A DNA stretch of 28,213 nt from Elusimicrobiota bacterium (GCA_043816185.1 JBDRIG010000055.1:1-28213); one strand, 5' to 3'; counted from the stretch's first letter, positions 1-10,412 are shown. Notes: generated by a model not told the origin, from the letters alone. Made by a program: numbers and translations.

Positions 1-171
1 AAAAACTATTTTAGAGAAATTGTTTTATCGGAAAAAGCAGTAAATCGTGGTTATTTCAAAAAAGAATCGTTAGAGCAACTTTTTACCGAGCATACAACTG
101 GCAAAAGAGACCATGGCTATCGAATGTGGGTACTTTTGATGTTAGAGTTGTGGAATGAAGTTTGTATATGA
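1..171 (+). CDS. asnB: C-terminal part of an asparagine synthase (glutamine-hydrolyzing)-like amidotransferase, 5' truncated by window edge
   Basis: Frame 1 reads KNYFREIVLSEKAVNRGYFKKESLEQLFTEHTTGKRDHGYRMWVLLMLELWNEVCI*, the typical AsnB-family C-terminus (RGYF...EH..G..D....W.LL.LELW). TGA 169-171 overlaps the next ATG at 168. Confidence 0.85.
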   Translation, partial: KNYFREIVLSEKAVNRGYFKKESLEQLFTEHTTGKRDHGYRMWVLLMLELWNEVCI

Positions 172-1454
172 ACAAAAAAATTTTTCTGCTAATTTTCATT
201 CTTGCAATACTTGTAAGATTTATCTACTTATTAGTTTTTTCTGGATTACAGGATACCCATTTTGCTGATAGTTATGAATACAATAATTATGCGGTAAGTT
301 TGATTAGTGGTGAAGGATATAGAAATGGTGAAATTAGAAGTTTCCGTATACCTGGGTACCCGATCTTTTTGGCGTCGATTTACTCCGTCTTTGGTCAATC
401 TCAGCCAGCAGTAAAAATCATCCAAGTAATAATTAGTGGTTTTAATTGTATTCTGATTTATTTCGTAGCATTAAAAATAGCAGATTCAAAAACTGCTTTA
501 CTCTCAGCATTGATTTCTTGTTTTTACTTTGATCTATTTATCTGGCCGAGTCATATTATGACTGAAACTATTTTTACTTTTTTTGTAACATTGTTAATTT
601 TATCGCTTCTATATACTGATAATGTGGTAATTTCAGCAGTTTGTCTTGGACTGACTACTTTAATCAGGCCAGAAGGAGCTTTAATTTCGCCGTTTATTTG
701 TTTTTGGTTTTTTATAAGGTATAGGGACTCTTTGACAATAGCAATTAAGAAATCCATTTTAATGGGTATCTGTCTTATATTGATGATTGCTCCATGGACA
801 ATAAGGAACTATTTCGTCCATCGTGCTTTTGTACCTTTAACAACTCTTGGTGGAAATGTCTTCTGGGGTAGTAATAACGATTTATCAGGGGGGAGAGAAT
901 ATCGACGTCATATAGAGAATCATATAAAGAAACTACCTAACCAGTTGACAGAAATTGAACTTGATAAACTTGGATATGAAGAAGGTAAAAAATGGCTCAA
1001 AAACCAATCATTGCCAAAAATCCTAAAATTGTATTTTCTTAAAATAGCGGCATTTCTAACTCCTTTTTCTGGCATTGGTGGTGGATGGTATGGATATTTG
1101 TCGGTGTATAATTTAACATATGGACTCCTATTTCCATTCTGGATTTTTGGGATGTATCTTATATTTAAACCTCCACATAAAGAGGCAATTCTATTGTTTT
1201 TCGTAATTTTATCCGGAGTTATGACAACATTAATTTTTTATGGTTTACCTCGTTTCAGGGCTGGAATTTCACCATGCATTATTATTTTTGCTGCTTCCGG
1301 TATGATGCATTTTTTTAGTATTTTCAAGAAAAAAATTACTATTGTATTTACTTCATTCATCTGGTTTTTTTTGAATATCATGGTCTATTTTTATTCAGAA
1401 CCAATCAGTTCAACTATCAGGTCGGTAGTAAACATAATACGAAAGACAGGATAA
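168..1454 (+). CDS. Multi-TM GT-C fold glycosyltransferase (ArnT/PMT-like, GT39/GT83 type)
   Basis: Many hydrophobic segments. First loop has acidic D-S-Y-E-Y and R.PGYP motifs, then TE, RP, PWTIRNY and PRFR. Start placed at ATG 168 (ATGA overlap). Confidence 0.85.
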   Translation: MNKKIFLLIFILAILVRFIYLLVFSGLQDTHFADSYEYNNYAVSLISGEGYRNGEIRSFRIPGYPIFLASIYSVFGQSQPAVKIIQVIISGFNCILIYFVALKIADSKTALLSALISCFYFDLFIWPSHIMTETIFTFFVTLLILSLLYTDNVVISAVCLGLTTLIRPEGALISPFICFWFFIRYRDSLTIAIKKSILMGICLILMIAPWTIRNYFVHRAFVPLTTLGGNVFWGSNNDLSGGREYRRHIENHIKKLPNQLTEIELDKLGYEEGKKWLKNQSLPKILKLYFLKIAAFLTPFSGIGGGWYGYLSVYNLTYGLLFPFWIFGMYLIFKPPHKEAILLFFVILSGVMTTLIFYGLPRFRAGISPCIIIFAASGMMHFFSIFKKKITIVFTSFIWFFLNIMVYFYSEPISSTIRSVVNIIRKTG

Positions 1455-1514
1455 ATAAAAAAGTATTAAACTTCTGTTAGGAATGAATTTAATAGTTATA
1501 GCAAAGAAACTGAA

Positions 1515-3245
1515 ATGAAATTATATCATTGGATAACATTATTGTTTTTAATGTCAGCATCTGTTTTTTTTAACCTGCAGGGAATAAACTGGGGGCTACC
1601 GTCCAAAGAAAGAACGGATCTCGTTTTTCCTGAACAGTTTCATACTGAATCTTTTTATTCATTGATGAAACAGACAAGGGAAGAAATTTATAAATTCAGT
1701 GAAGGTAGTCCGATAGGTCGTCTTAAAAATTCATCATTATCGCTTACACCGATTTTACAGAGTATGGGTGTTCAAGAAAACGGAAATTTATTTTTTAATG
1801 GTGATGAGAAAATTTTGGCAAATTTTATACGACCCTATTTATTGCGTTCTAATCATACTGATGAACAAATGACAATAGCATCTTTGTCGGGAATGTATCC
1901 AAAATCCTTTGATTTTAATCCACGAATATTTCCCTACGGCGGAGTTTATATCTATGGAATGGGTGTGTGGCTGGGACTATCGCATGTTTTTGACTTCATA
2001 AAAATCAGCCATGACTTAAATTTCTATTTTCAATATTCGGAAGAAATGGCAAAAATATTTGTGGCAGGACGATTATTGAACATATTTTTTTCGACTTTTA
2101 CGATGATAATCATATTTACTATTGCCAAAAAAATCTATTCTATTCGCACAGCAATTTTGTCAATATTATTCTTTGCTATTTCTCCTGCCATGATTTTCCA
2201 GACGCACATAATGAAACCATATACTATGGCAACTACTTTTGCAATGTTGTGTGTTTATTATTCATTAGTTATAATAACGACTACACCATCAATAAAAAAT
2301 TATGTTCTTTGCGGAATTTTTGCAGGGCTAACTATTGGTACAATGTCAACTTACGGAATCATAATTCTTGCACCTTTATTTGCTCATTTTTCAGTATCAA
2401 AATTAGTAAATAAAAAACTTGTTTATTGCTGCTTGGCATCATTAGTAACATTTCTTATAACAAACCCATACTGGCTACTTAAGTTTAATGATATGCTTTG
2501 GGAAATGAAAGGATCGGCCGGATGTTATGCATCCGGAAACTTATTAGCAATTGTAGGTTTTTTTGTACATCAATTACCTATAGGAGTACCGGTCAGTTTA
2601 TTATTACTTTGTTTTTTGGGTGTAATATTATCTATATTCCAAAAAGAAAACTGGAACATACCCTTGATATCAGTCTCTGTTGTGCCACTGATAATTTTTG
2701 GATTTTTGCTTAGAGGTTATGAACCATCGATGCACAATACAAGATTTTTACTACCTTGGATTTCTATATTGCTGATTTTAGCAGCACGATTTGTAGATAT
2801 TTTTCTTAATAAAAAATATGTTAGTTTTTTTATTGTTCTTCTAATCATATTTGCAATAATTCAATCTACATTGAGTTCAGCGATATGTATTAAAAATTTT
2901 CTCATAGACAGTTCTGCAAATTCAACACGACTTGAGGCAGGAAGATGGATTAGCGACAACATACCGGCTAATTCAATAATAGGAACAAACTATATGCCTG
3001 AACCAGCCCATTTTCCGCCTTTTGATTTTAGCAAGTATAAAATGGAGGTTATGCAAAGATATAACTTAAAAAAACTACCGGAATATTTTATATGTGTTAA
3101 TGAAGTTCCGAAAGAAATACTTAATAACAAAAATTATACGCTAACTCAAAGTTTTAAACCTTTAGAATCCATATTCGGATTTAGGTTCAGCATGGGTAGT
3201 ACACACATAAATTCGTCGGTGTACATTTTAAAGAGGATTTCTTAA
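1515..3245 (+). CDS. Multi-TM GT-C fold glycosyltransferase (ArnT/PMT-like) with soluble C-terminal domain
   Basis: GINWGLP, HTDE acidic motif, DFNP..F.YGG, GRLL, FLITNPY, RFLLP and TR..A..WI. Same subfamily as the 11443 gene. Confidence 0.8.
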   Translation: MKLYHWITLLFLMSASVFFNLQGINWGLPSKERTDLVFPEQFHTESFYSLMKQTREEIYKFSEGSPIGRLKNSSLSLTPILQSMGVQENGNLFFNGDEKILANFIRPYLLRSNHTDEQMTIASLSGMYPKSFDFNPRIFPYGGVYIYGMGVWLGLSHVFDFIKISHDLNFYFQYSEEMAKIFVAGRLLNIFFSTFTMIIIFTIAKKIYSIRTAILSILFFAISPAMIFQTHIMKPYTMATTFAMLCVYYSLVIITTTPSIKNYVLCGIFAGLTIGTMSTYGIIILAPLFAHFSVSKLVNKKLVYCCLASLVTFLITNPYWLLKFNDMLWEMKGSAGCYASGNLLAIVGFFVHQLPIGVPVSLLLLCFLGVILSIFQKENWNIPLISVSVVPLIIFGFLLRGYEPSMHNTRFLLPWISILLILAARFVDIFLNKKYVSFFIVLLIIFAIIQSTLSSAICIKNFLIDSSANSTRLEAGRWISDNIPANSIIGTNYMPEPAHFPPFDFSKYKMEVMQRYNLKKLPEYFICVNEVPKEILNNKNYTLTQSFKPLESIFGFRFSMGSTHINSSVYILKRIS

Positions 3246-3311
3246 GCCATCCCGTATCTGTTATGGAGGATAAGCGTAGGATTAGAGATTAGAGGAGGAA
3301 TAGCGGAGTAA

Positions 3312-5174
3312 ATGTGTGGAATTTTTGGAATTATAAATTTTGAGAGAAAGAATCCAGTGGAAAGAAATGAAATAAAAATTCCTCTGGATTTAATGACGTA
3401 TCGAGGTCCTGATGATAATGGAATGTTTTTTGACAGATATTCAGGATTTGGTATAAGACGACTTAAAATAATAGATGTTGCAGGTGGACACCAGCCGATA
3501 TTCAACGAAACCGACGATATTGCGATTGTTTACAATGGTGAAATTTACAATTACATTGAATTGCGTGAGGAGTTATTAAAAAAAGGACACAGGTTTAAGA
3601 CAAAAACTGATACGGAAGTCATACTACATCTTTACGAAGAATTCGGCGTAAACTGTCTTGAAAAGTTGAATGGAATGTTTGCCTTTGCAATTTGGGATAA
3701 AAGAAAGGAAGAACTTTTTGTTGTAAGAGATCGTATTGGAATAAAACCACTTTTTTACTCAGTTACCGAAGGAAGTTTATATTTTTCATCCGAAATAAAA
3801 TCTATTTTATCCTGTAAAAAAATTTCAAAAGAAATGGATATGCAGGCGCTGATAAATTATTTTTCATTTTATTATGTGTCGGCACCGTGGACGATTTACA
3901 AAAACATAAAACGGCTTATGCCGGGACATTATCTGTTACTAAAAAACGGAAACATAGAAATAAATCGCTACTTCCAATTTTCTTTCAAGGAAGAAAAAAT
4001 GGACGAGCAAGAATGCGTCGGTGAAATAAAAAAAGCACTTCTCAATTCTGTAAAACGACATCTTCAAAGCGAAGTTCCTTTGGGCGTTTTTTTGTCAAGC
4101 GGACTTGATTCAACCTCAATTGTGGCTATGATGGGAAAACTCGGACAAACTACAAAAACCTACACAATTGGCTATGAAAATGGAAGGTCATATAACGAAA
4201 TTGACGAGGCAAAAACAGTTGCTAAAAAATATAACACAATTCATTCCGATTGCATATTAAAACCGAAACAGGTGGAAGAATTTTTGCCTGAAATTATAAA
4301 GCATTTCGCTGAGCCACATGGCGACTGGACACAGGTTGCACTTTATTATCTGTCAAAACAATCAAAAAAAGATATAACTGTTGTTCTTTCTGGTGTAGGT
4401 GGGGATGAGCTTTTTGCAGGTTATCCAACATTAACAGCAGCAAAAATTTCAAACTTTTATAACAAATTGCCAAAGACGCTAAAAAAAATTATTAAATCCA
4501 CCGTTAATAAATCTCCAACTTGTTATAACAGATTGAGTTTTGATTTTAAATTAAAATCTTTTATTAAAGGAACGGATATAATGCCAGAAATGGCACATCT
4601 GAGATATAAAGAAATTTTTTCTGATGACGAAAGGCAAAAACTTTTATATAATGTGGCAGGCGATGAACCTTTTGAAGTTTATAAGCAACATCTTAAAAAT
4701 GTTGTAGATGAAAAATTGCTAAACAGATTGTTGTATCTTGACTTAAATGTTTTTTTACCTGATTGTGCTCTGCAAGTGACAGATATGGTTACAATGATGA
4801 ATTCACAAGAATGTCGCGTTCCGTTTTTGGATTTGGAAATGATAAATCTGTCAGAAAGAATTCCTGTTGACTTAAAATTGCGCGGTTTTACTACAAAATA
4901 TATCTTAAGAAAAGCATTGAAAGAATGTTTACCTGATGAAATTGCGAAAATGCCGAAAAAAGGACTTGCTATGCCAACTCCTTTTTGGCTTCAAAAAGAA
5001 TTAAAAAATTTTACGAATGAAATTATTACGGAGGCGGAAAACAAAAGCACAGGAATGTTTAATTTTGATTACATACGACAAATACAAAAAGAACACAGTG
5101 ATGGTAAAAAAGATAACACGAGAAAAATTACTTGTTTGGTTTCATTTTTTTTGTGGCAAAAATTTTATCAGTGA
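3312..5174 (+). CDS. asnB: Asparagine synthase (glutamine-hydrolyzing)-like class II amidotransferase, probably glycan amidation (WbpS-like)
   Basis: N-terminal MCGIFG (Cys nucleophile), RGPD, NGEIYN, TDTEV, RDRIGIKPL, LSSGLDS, GGDELFAGY and RVPFLD. Confidence 0.92.
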   Translation: MCGIFGIINFERKNPVERNEIKIPLDLMTYRGPDDNGMFFDRYSGFGIRRLKIIDVAGGHQPIFNETDDIAIVYNGEIYNYIELREELLKKGHRFKTKTDTEVILHLYEEFGVNCLEKLNGMFAFAIWDKRKEELFVVRDRIGIKPLFYSVTEGSLYFSSEIKSILSCKKISKEMDMQALINYFSFYYVSAPWTIYKNIKRLMPGHYLLLKNGNIEINRYFQFSFKEEKMDEQECVGEIKKALLNSVKRHLQSEVPLGVFLSSGLDSTSIVAMMGKLGQTTKTYTIGYENGRSYNEIDEAKTVAKKYNTIHSDCILKPKQVEEFLPEIIKHFAEPHGDWTQVALYYLSKQSKKDITVVLSGVGGDELFAGYPTLTAAKISNFYNKLPKTLKKIIKSTVNKSPTCYNRLSFDFKLKSFIKGTDIMPEMAHLRYKEIFSDDERQKLLYNVAGDEPFEVYKQHLKNVVDEKLLNRLLYLDLNVFLPDCALQVTDMVTMMNSQECRVPFLDLEMINLSERIPVDLKLRGFTTKYILRKALKECLPDEIAKMPKKGLAMPTPFWLQKELKNFTNEIITEAENKSTGMFNFDYIRQIQKEHSDGKKDNTRKITCLVSFFLWQKFYQ

Positions 5175-5247
5175 GCCGAGATAAACGATTTCACTGATGC
5201 ATGGTTTTTATAACCATTGATTTTAATCGGCATAAAAAGGAATTTTT

Positions 5248-6246
5248 ATGAAAAGCATTGCAATTGTTGGCTGTGGTTACTGGGGAAAAAATCTTGTAAG
5301 AAACTTTTATAAATTAGGCGTATTAAATACGATATGCGATACTGACGAGAAATTGCTGGGGAAGCTCAAAAAAAATTATCCTGATGTTCACTACGAAAAA
5401 ACATTTGACAACATATTAGCCGATAAAAACATCTTGGGAGTTGTAATTTCAACGCCCGCATCTTCACATTATGAACTCGTAAAAAAATCACTTGAAAACG
5501 GGAAAAATGTTTTTGTTGAAAAACCATTTACAACATCGTTAAAAGAAGCGGAGGAATTGACAGAACTTGCAGAAAAGAAAAAACTTATACTAATGATTGG
5601 TTTCACATTTCTTTATAATTCGGCCGTAAGAAAAGTAAAGGAGATTATTGACTCGGGTGAACTTGGGAAAATTTATTATATCTATTCGCAACGATTAAAT
5701 CTTGGTATCATCAGAAAAGACATAAATGTTTGGTGGAATCTTGCACCTCACGATGTTTCCATAATCAATTATTGGCTAAACCAAAAAGCAAAAACTGTCA
5801 GCGGTTTCGGAGTTTCATTTATTCAAAAAGAGATTGATGATTTTGTATCCGCAAACATAAAATTTGAAAATGGAGCAGCCGCAGCGATTCATGTATCGTG
5901 GCTTGATCCTCACAAAATAAGACAGATGACCGTTGTTGGAAGTAAAAAAATGGTAATATATGACGATGTCTTGTCAGATATGAAGGTCCAAATCTATGAC
6001 AAGGGTATAGATAAATTTGAAGACTTTCAAACATTCGGACAGTTTCAATTAATCCACCGAGCAGGAGATATTTATATTCCTAAAATTGATTTTAAGGAAC
6101 CATTGGAAGTTGAAGCGGCACATTTTATAGAATGTATCAAAGAAGGCAAAGAACCGCTAACATCGGCAAGAAAATCACTTCCAGTTGTGCGAATTTTGGA
6201 AGCAGTCCAGAACTCCATAAAACAAGGCAAAACAATAAATATATGA
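5248..6246 (+). CDS. Gfo/Idh/MocA-family NAD(P)-dependent oxidoreductase (WbpB/WlbA-like sugar 3-dehydrogenase)
   Basis: GCGYWG Rossmann motif, VFVEKP and LAPHD. Coupled to the downstream acetyltransferase by ATGA overlap. Confidence 0.88.
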   Translation: MKSIAIVGCGYWGKNLVRNFYKLGVLNTICDTDEKLLGKLKKNYPDVHYEKTFDNILADKNILGVVISTPASSHYELVKKSLENGKNVFVEKPFTTSLKEAEELTELAEKKKLILMIGFTFLYNSAVRKVKEIIDSGELGKIYYIYSQRLNLGIIRKDINVWWNLAPHDVSIINYWLNQKAKTVSGFGVSFIQKEIDDFVSANIKFENGAAAAIHVSWLDPHKIRQMTVVGSKKMVIYDDVLSDMKVQIYDKGIDKFEDFQTFGQFQLIHRAGDIYIPKIDFKEPLEVEAAHFIECIKEGKEPLTSARKSLPVVRILEAVQNSIKQGKTINI

Positions 6247-6821
6247 AAAAAAATTATTTCGTCCATAAATCAAGTTATGTAGACAAGAATGCAGAAATTG
6301 GCGATGGCACATCGGTATGGTATTTTTGTCACATCAGTGAAGGGGCAAAAATCGGAAAAAACTGCAACATCGGACAAAATGTTTTTATTGACAAAAATGT
6401 AAAAATTGGCAATAACGTAAAAATTCAGAATAATGTTTCCGTATATTCTGGAGTTGAAATTGATGACGGTGTTTTTTTGGGGCCATCGTGTGTTTTTACG
6501 AACGTGAAAAATCCGCGGTCTTTGTATCCGAAGAAAAAAAGCGAGTATTTTAAAACAAAAGTTAAACGAGGTGCTACAATCGGTGCAAATGCAACAATTG
6601 TTTGCGGAAACAGTATCGGACAATATGCTTTTATAGGAGCAGGAGCGGTTGTCACAAAAAATGTACCCGATAATGCTGTTGTAGTTGGCAACCCGGCAAA
6701 ACAAATCGGATGGGTTTGCGAATGTGGTGGTAGAGTCGTTTTTGATAAAAAAATCGGTAAATGTTTGAATTGTAAATTATCATACAAGGAGAAAGAAAAA
6801 TGTATAGAGAAAATAAAATAG
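6243..6821 (+). CDS. wbpD: Hexapeptide-repeat (left-handed beta-helix) sugar N-acetyltransferase, WbpD/WlbB-like
   Basis: [57 protein letters not shown], and a C-terminal CxC..CxxC. Real start is ATG 6243, which overlaps the upstream TGA, not 6132. Confidence 0.85.
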   Translation: MKKNYFVHKSSYVDKNAEIGDGTSVWYFCHISEGAKIGKNCNIGQNVFIDKNVKIGNNVKIQNNVSVYSGVEIDDGVFLGPSCVFTNVKNPRSLYPKKKSEYFKTKVKRGATIGANATIVCGNSIGQYAFIGAGAVVTKNVPDNAVVVGNPAKQIGWVCECGGRVVFDKKIGKCLNCKLSYKEKEKCIEKIK

Positions 6822-7741
6822 CACTGGTAATACCTTGTAGAAACGAAGAAAAACTGATAATTCCGACATTACAAGGTGTTCCAGAATTTGTCGACAAAGT
6901 TTATGTTATCGACGATAAATCAACGGACAAAACATCGGAAGTTGTAAAAAATTATTCTGATAAACGAGTTGAGTTGATAGTCCATCAAAAAAATATAGGT
7001 CCTGGTGCTGCAATAATAACTGGCTACAAAAAGGCAAAGAATGACAATTTTGATATTGTCGCCGTCTGTGGTGGGGATAATCAGATGCCGCTTGATCAAT
7101 TAAAAAATTTACTTGATCCGATAGTTGATGATGATGCAGATTATACGAAAGGCAATAGATTTATGGAAGGTGGTGAAAAACTTTCCGATATGCCAATAAC
7201 ACGGGTCATCGGCAATACAATAATATCGCTTCTTACAAAAATCGCATCAGGTTATTATAAAATATTTGATGTTGTGGACGGTTTTACAGCAATAAATAAA
7301 AAAGCACTCCACACAATTGACTGGGACAAGGCATGGGGAAAATACGGCTACCCTATGGATTTTCTAGTCCGTCTAAACATCCATTGCTTTAGAGTTATGG
7401 ATATTCCAAGAAGAGCGATTTATCTTGATGGTGTAAGGCAGTCGCAGATAAAAGGTCTTTCATATGCACTGCGAGTTTCTCCGATGCTATTAAAAAACTT
7501 TTTTTATCGTCTATACAAAAGGTATCTCATTGGGGATTTTCATCCTTTAATTTTTATGTATATAACGGGCCTACTATTACTAATTTTGGGTTTTTTTGTG
7601 GGATTATATATAATTATAACAAAATTAGGTGGTACATTCCCATCAGGAGCGACAGCAATTTTATCAGCACTTCTTATAATTTTTGGCGGACAGTTGTTTC
7701 TCTTTGGAATGCTGTTTGATATGATGGAAGAAAAAAAATGA
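6800..7741 (+). CDS. GT2-family (DPM1-like) glycosyltransferase with two C-terminal TM helices
   Basis: [25 protein letters not shown] (the usual DxD reads GGD), KGNRF and D...GF.A. C-terminus is hydrophobic. Confidence 0.88.
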   Translation: MYRENKIALVIPCRNEEKLIIPTLQGVPEFVDKVYVIDDKSTDKTSEVVKNYSDKRVELIVHQKNIGPGAAIITGYKKAKNDNFDIVAVCGGDNQMPLDQLKNLLDPIVDDDADYTKGNRFMEGGEKLSDMPITRVIGNTIISLLTKIASGYYKIFDVVDGFTAINKKALHTIDWDKAWGKYGYPMDFLVRLNIHCFRVMDIPRRAIYLDGVRQSQIKGLSYALRVSPMLLKNFFYRLYKRYLIGDFHPLIFMYITGLLLLILGFFVGLYIIITKLGGTFPSGATAILSALLIIFGGQLFLFGMLFDMMEEKK

Positions 7742-9183
7742 AAATAGTATTGATTAATCCTGCATGGACTGATACATTGGGTAGTTTTGCACAACTTGGT
7801 CGAGAAAGAACATATTCGCCACCTTTGGGGTTGTGTTATTTAGCGGCAGCATTAGAAAAAAACGGACATACGGTAGAGATAATCGATGCTGAAGTGGAAC
7901 GACTATGTTTAAAAGAAGTTCTTCTAAAAGTAGAGAATATTAAACCAAATATTATAGGCATAAATATATTTTCACCTACTCTTCATAAATCAAAAGAAAT
8001 AGCGGAAAAAATAAAAATATCTTTACCTCATATCCCAATTGTTGTTGGTGGAGCGCATGTTTCAATAATGAAGGAACAAGCACTACTTGAATGTTATGAT
8101 TATGGCATTATTAACGAAGGAGAACATACTATTGTTGAATTTCTCAAAGTAATTGAGGGGGATAAAAAACCATCAGAGATAAGAGGACTTATTTATAGAG
8201 AAAAAAATAAAATAGTAGTTAATCATGTGTCAGAAATAACTCAAGACATTAACTCTCTCCCGTTTCCAGCAATTCATTTATTGAAAAAAAATCTATATCA
8301 ACTAAAATTTGTAAATGGTCGAAAAACAATCTATACTTCAATCATGGCTATGCGTGGTTGTCCATTTGAATGTGTATTTTGCAGTGAGCCACTAATTGGT
8401 GGTAGAAAGGTGCGGTTTCGTTCACCTGAAAATATCGCTGATGAACTTGAAAGCATTAATCGGCAACTAGGTATTAGCCATTTTACTTTTGTTGATTCAA
8501 ATATTACACTTAACAGAAATCAAGTTATCGGAATTTGCGACCAAATTAATAAAAGAAAATTATCTATAACATGGGAAGGATGGACGAGAGCTAATTTAAT
8601 TGACGAGGATTTGCTTAAACGGATGAAAGAATCGGGGTTTGTTAGGATGAGTTTTGGAGTTGAAAGCGGTGATCCTGAAATTCTCAAAATAATAAAAAAA
8701 GAAGTTTCATTGGATTCCATTAAAAATGCTTTTAGATTGTGTAAAAAACTCAAAATTGAAATATCCTGTTCAGCAATGCTTGGACTTCCTGGTGAAACCA
8801 GAAAAAGTGTAAATAAAACTATTGAATTTATTCGCAATACACCTGAAATACTGTATTCAAATTTTTCAATCGCTATTCCATATCCAGGGACAGAGTTGTT
8901 TGATATGGCACAAAAAGGAAAGCACGGATTGAATCTCATTGAAAATGACTACACAAAATGGGCACGGTATGACAATGGTCCAATGTCGGTTAATGATTTA
9001 ACCCCGCATGATTTAGTACGCTTGCAAAAAATTGGGCTTCTTAAAATCCATCTTACACCTAAAAGAATACTTGCAAGTTTAAAAATAATTAAACCGTTTA
9101 CTCTTTTTCCTATATTTATTCGTCTACTATTTGCAAGTTTACAGGACTTGAAAACCTTTTTTAATCTGTCCAGGAAAGAATAA
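7738..9183 (+). CDS. Cobalamin-binding radical SAM protein (class B methyltransferase-like)
   Basis: N-terminal B12-binding domain (PPLGLCYLAA, VGGAH), CxxxCxxC motif RGCPFECVFC, FGVESG, GLPGET and PYPGT. Confidence 0.92.
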   Translation: MKIVLINPAWTDTLGSFAQLGRERTYSPPLGLCYLAAALEKNGHTVEIIDAEVERLCLKEVLLKVENIKPNIIGINIFSPTLHKSKEIAEKIKISLPHIPIVVGGAHVSIMKEQALLECYDYGIINEGEHTIVEFLKVIEGDKKPSEIRGLIYREKNKIVVNHVSEITQDINSLPFPAIHLLKKNLYQLKFVNGRKTIYTSIMAMRGCPFECVFCSEPLIGGRKVRFRSPENIADELESINRQLGISHFTFVDSNITLNRNQVIGICDQINKRKLSITWEGWTRANLIDEDLLKRMKESGFVRMSFGVESGDPEILKIIKKEVSLDSIKNAFRLCKKLKIEISCSAMLGLPGETRKSVNKTIEFIRNTPEILYSNFSIAIPYPGTELFDMAQKGKHGLNLIENDYTKWARYDNGPMSVNDLTPHDLVRLQKIGLLKIHLTPKRILASLKIIKPFTLFPIFIRLLFASLQDLKTFFNLSRKE

Positions 9184-9206
9184 TCACCAAGTATTGGGTA
9201 TAAAAA

Positions 9207-10412
9207 ATGTTATATAAAAGTTTAATTTCTAACGAAAAAAAGTTTATCGTATTCATCTTTTTACTATCGCTTTTTATAAAAGTTGTATATGTTTTACAAT
9301 TAAGCCCACAAAAACTTTCCCCTGATGCTTATGATTGGATGAACATTGCTTCCGGTATAGCATCTGGAAATGGTTATGGGGATGTATGGAGACCGCCTGT
9401 GTATCCATTATTTTTAGCAAGTATATTTTCTTTGTTTGGTAAATCGGTAGTTTTATTAAGGTTAATTAATTCATTGATGTGTAGTGTAACTTGCATTTTG
9501 ATATATTTCATTGGTAAAAAAATTTTTTCGTCAACGGTTGGAAAGGTTTCGGCAATATTGTTATGCTTTTATCCATATACAATTGCTTATGCTGGCGATT
9601 TAATCTCCGAGACATTTTATGCCTTTTTAATTTCCGTATCTATATTATCTATATTAATTTGCTATGAAAATCCGAATCTAAAAAATACGATTTTTACCGG
9701 GATAGTATTGGGGATAACAACTTTAACCAAATCTACAATACTACCGTTTTTTTTGTTTGCGTGTGCGTGGTTATGGTGGACAACCAAATCGTTTAGAACT
9801 GGATTTTTGTTGGGAATTTTCATATTGATAACAATAGCACCATGGACATTAAGAAACTATATCCATTACAAGCAGTTCATTTTGATATCTCCTGCTTATC
9901 AAACTTTGTGGTCTTGCAATAATGATACTGCAATGATTTTGGAAACAACAGGAGAGTTAGATACACCGGCACCAGATTGGAATATTCTTCCAGATAGGTT
10001 TTCTGAGTATATAAAATTACCAAGAATGGAATCGGAAAAAATTTTTAAGAAAGAAGCAATAGAATGGATAAAAAACAATCCAGAAAAATACAGATGGCTT
10101 ATGAAAAAGCGTTTAATTCATTTCTGGCGATTATATCCAATGATGGCATATAAATGGCAAAAAATTGTAGCGTTCCTTACATCAGGTATGTATATTCTGC
10201 TTTGTTGGGTTGGTGTAGTATTATCAATAAAAAAATTTAAAAAAACTTCTTTATTGATATTTCTTCTTATTATTTTTACTTTGGCTTATCTGCCTTTTGT
10301 AGTAGTCATTCGGTACAGAGTTCCACTTGATCCATACATAATAATTTTTGCATCGTATACGATTCATTTTATATGGACAAAATTAAAATCTTTCATCTTA
10401 TCACGAGTTTGA
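9207..10412 (+). CDS. Multi-TM GT-C fold glycosyltransferase (ArnT/PMT-like), paralog of the 168 gene
   Basis: PDAYDW, RPPVYPLFLA, SET, APWTLRNY and RYR.P motifs, with many TM segments. Confidence 0.85.
   Translation: MLYKSLISNEKKFIVFIFLLSLFIKVVYVLQLSPQKLSPDAYDWMNIASGIASGNGYGDVWRPPVYPLFLASIFSLFGKSVVLLRLINSLMCSVTCILIYFIGKKIFSSTVGKVSAILLCFYPYTIAYAGDLISETFYAFLISVSILSILICYENPNLKNTIFTGIVLGITTLTKSTILPFFLFACAWLWWTTKSFRTGFLLGIFILITIAPWTLRNYIHYKQFILISPAYQTLWSCNNDTAMILETTGELDTPAPDWNILPDRFSEYIKLPRMESEKIFKKEAIEWIKNNPEKYRWLMKKRLIHFWRLYPMMAYKWQKIVAFLTSGMYILLCWVGVVLSIKKFKKTSLLIFLLIIFTLAYLPFVVVIRYRVPLDPYIIIFASYTIHFIWTKLKSFILSRV

Noticed and set aside
908..931. 12-bp near-tandem TCATATARAGAA x2 in the first GT-C gene
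   Set aside because: Only two copies, consistent with ordinary local duplication, and it does not match the other repeat classes.
6132..6242. N-terminal extension of the acetyltransferase ORF
   Set aside because: It overlaps the upstream gene. The ATGA-coupled start at 6243 gives the normal family N-terminus.
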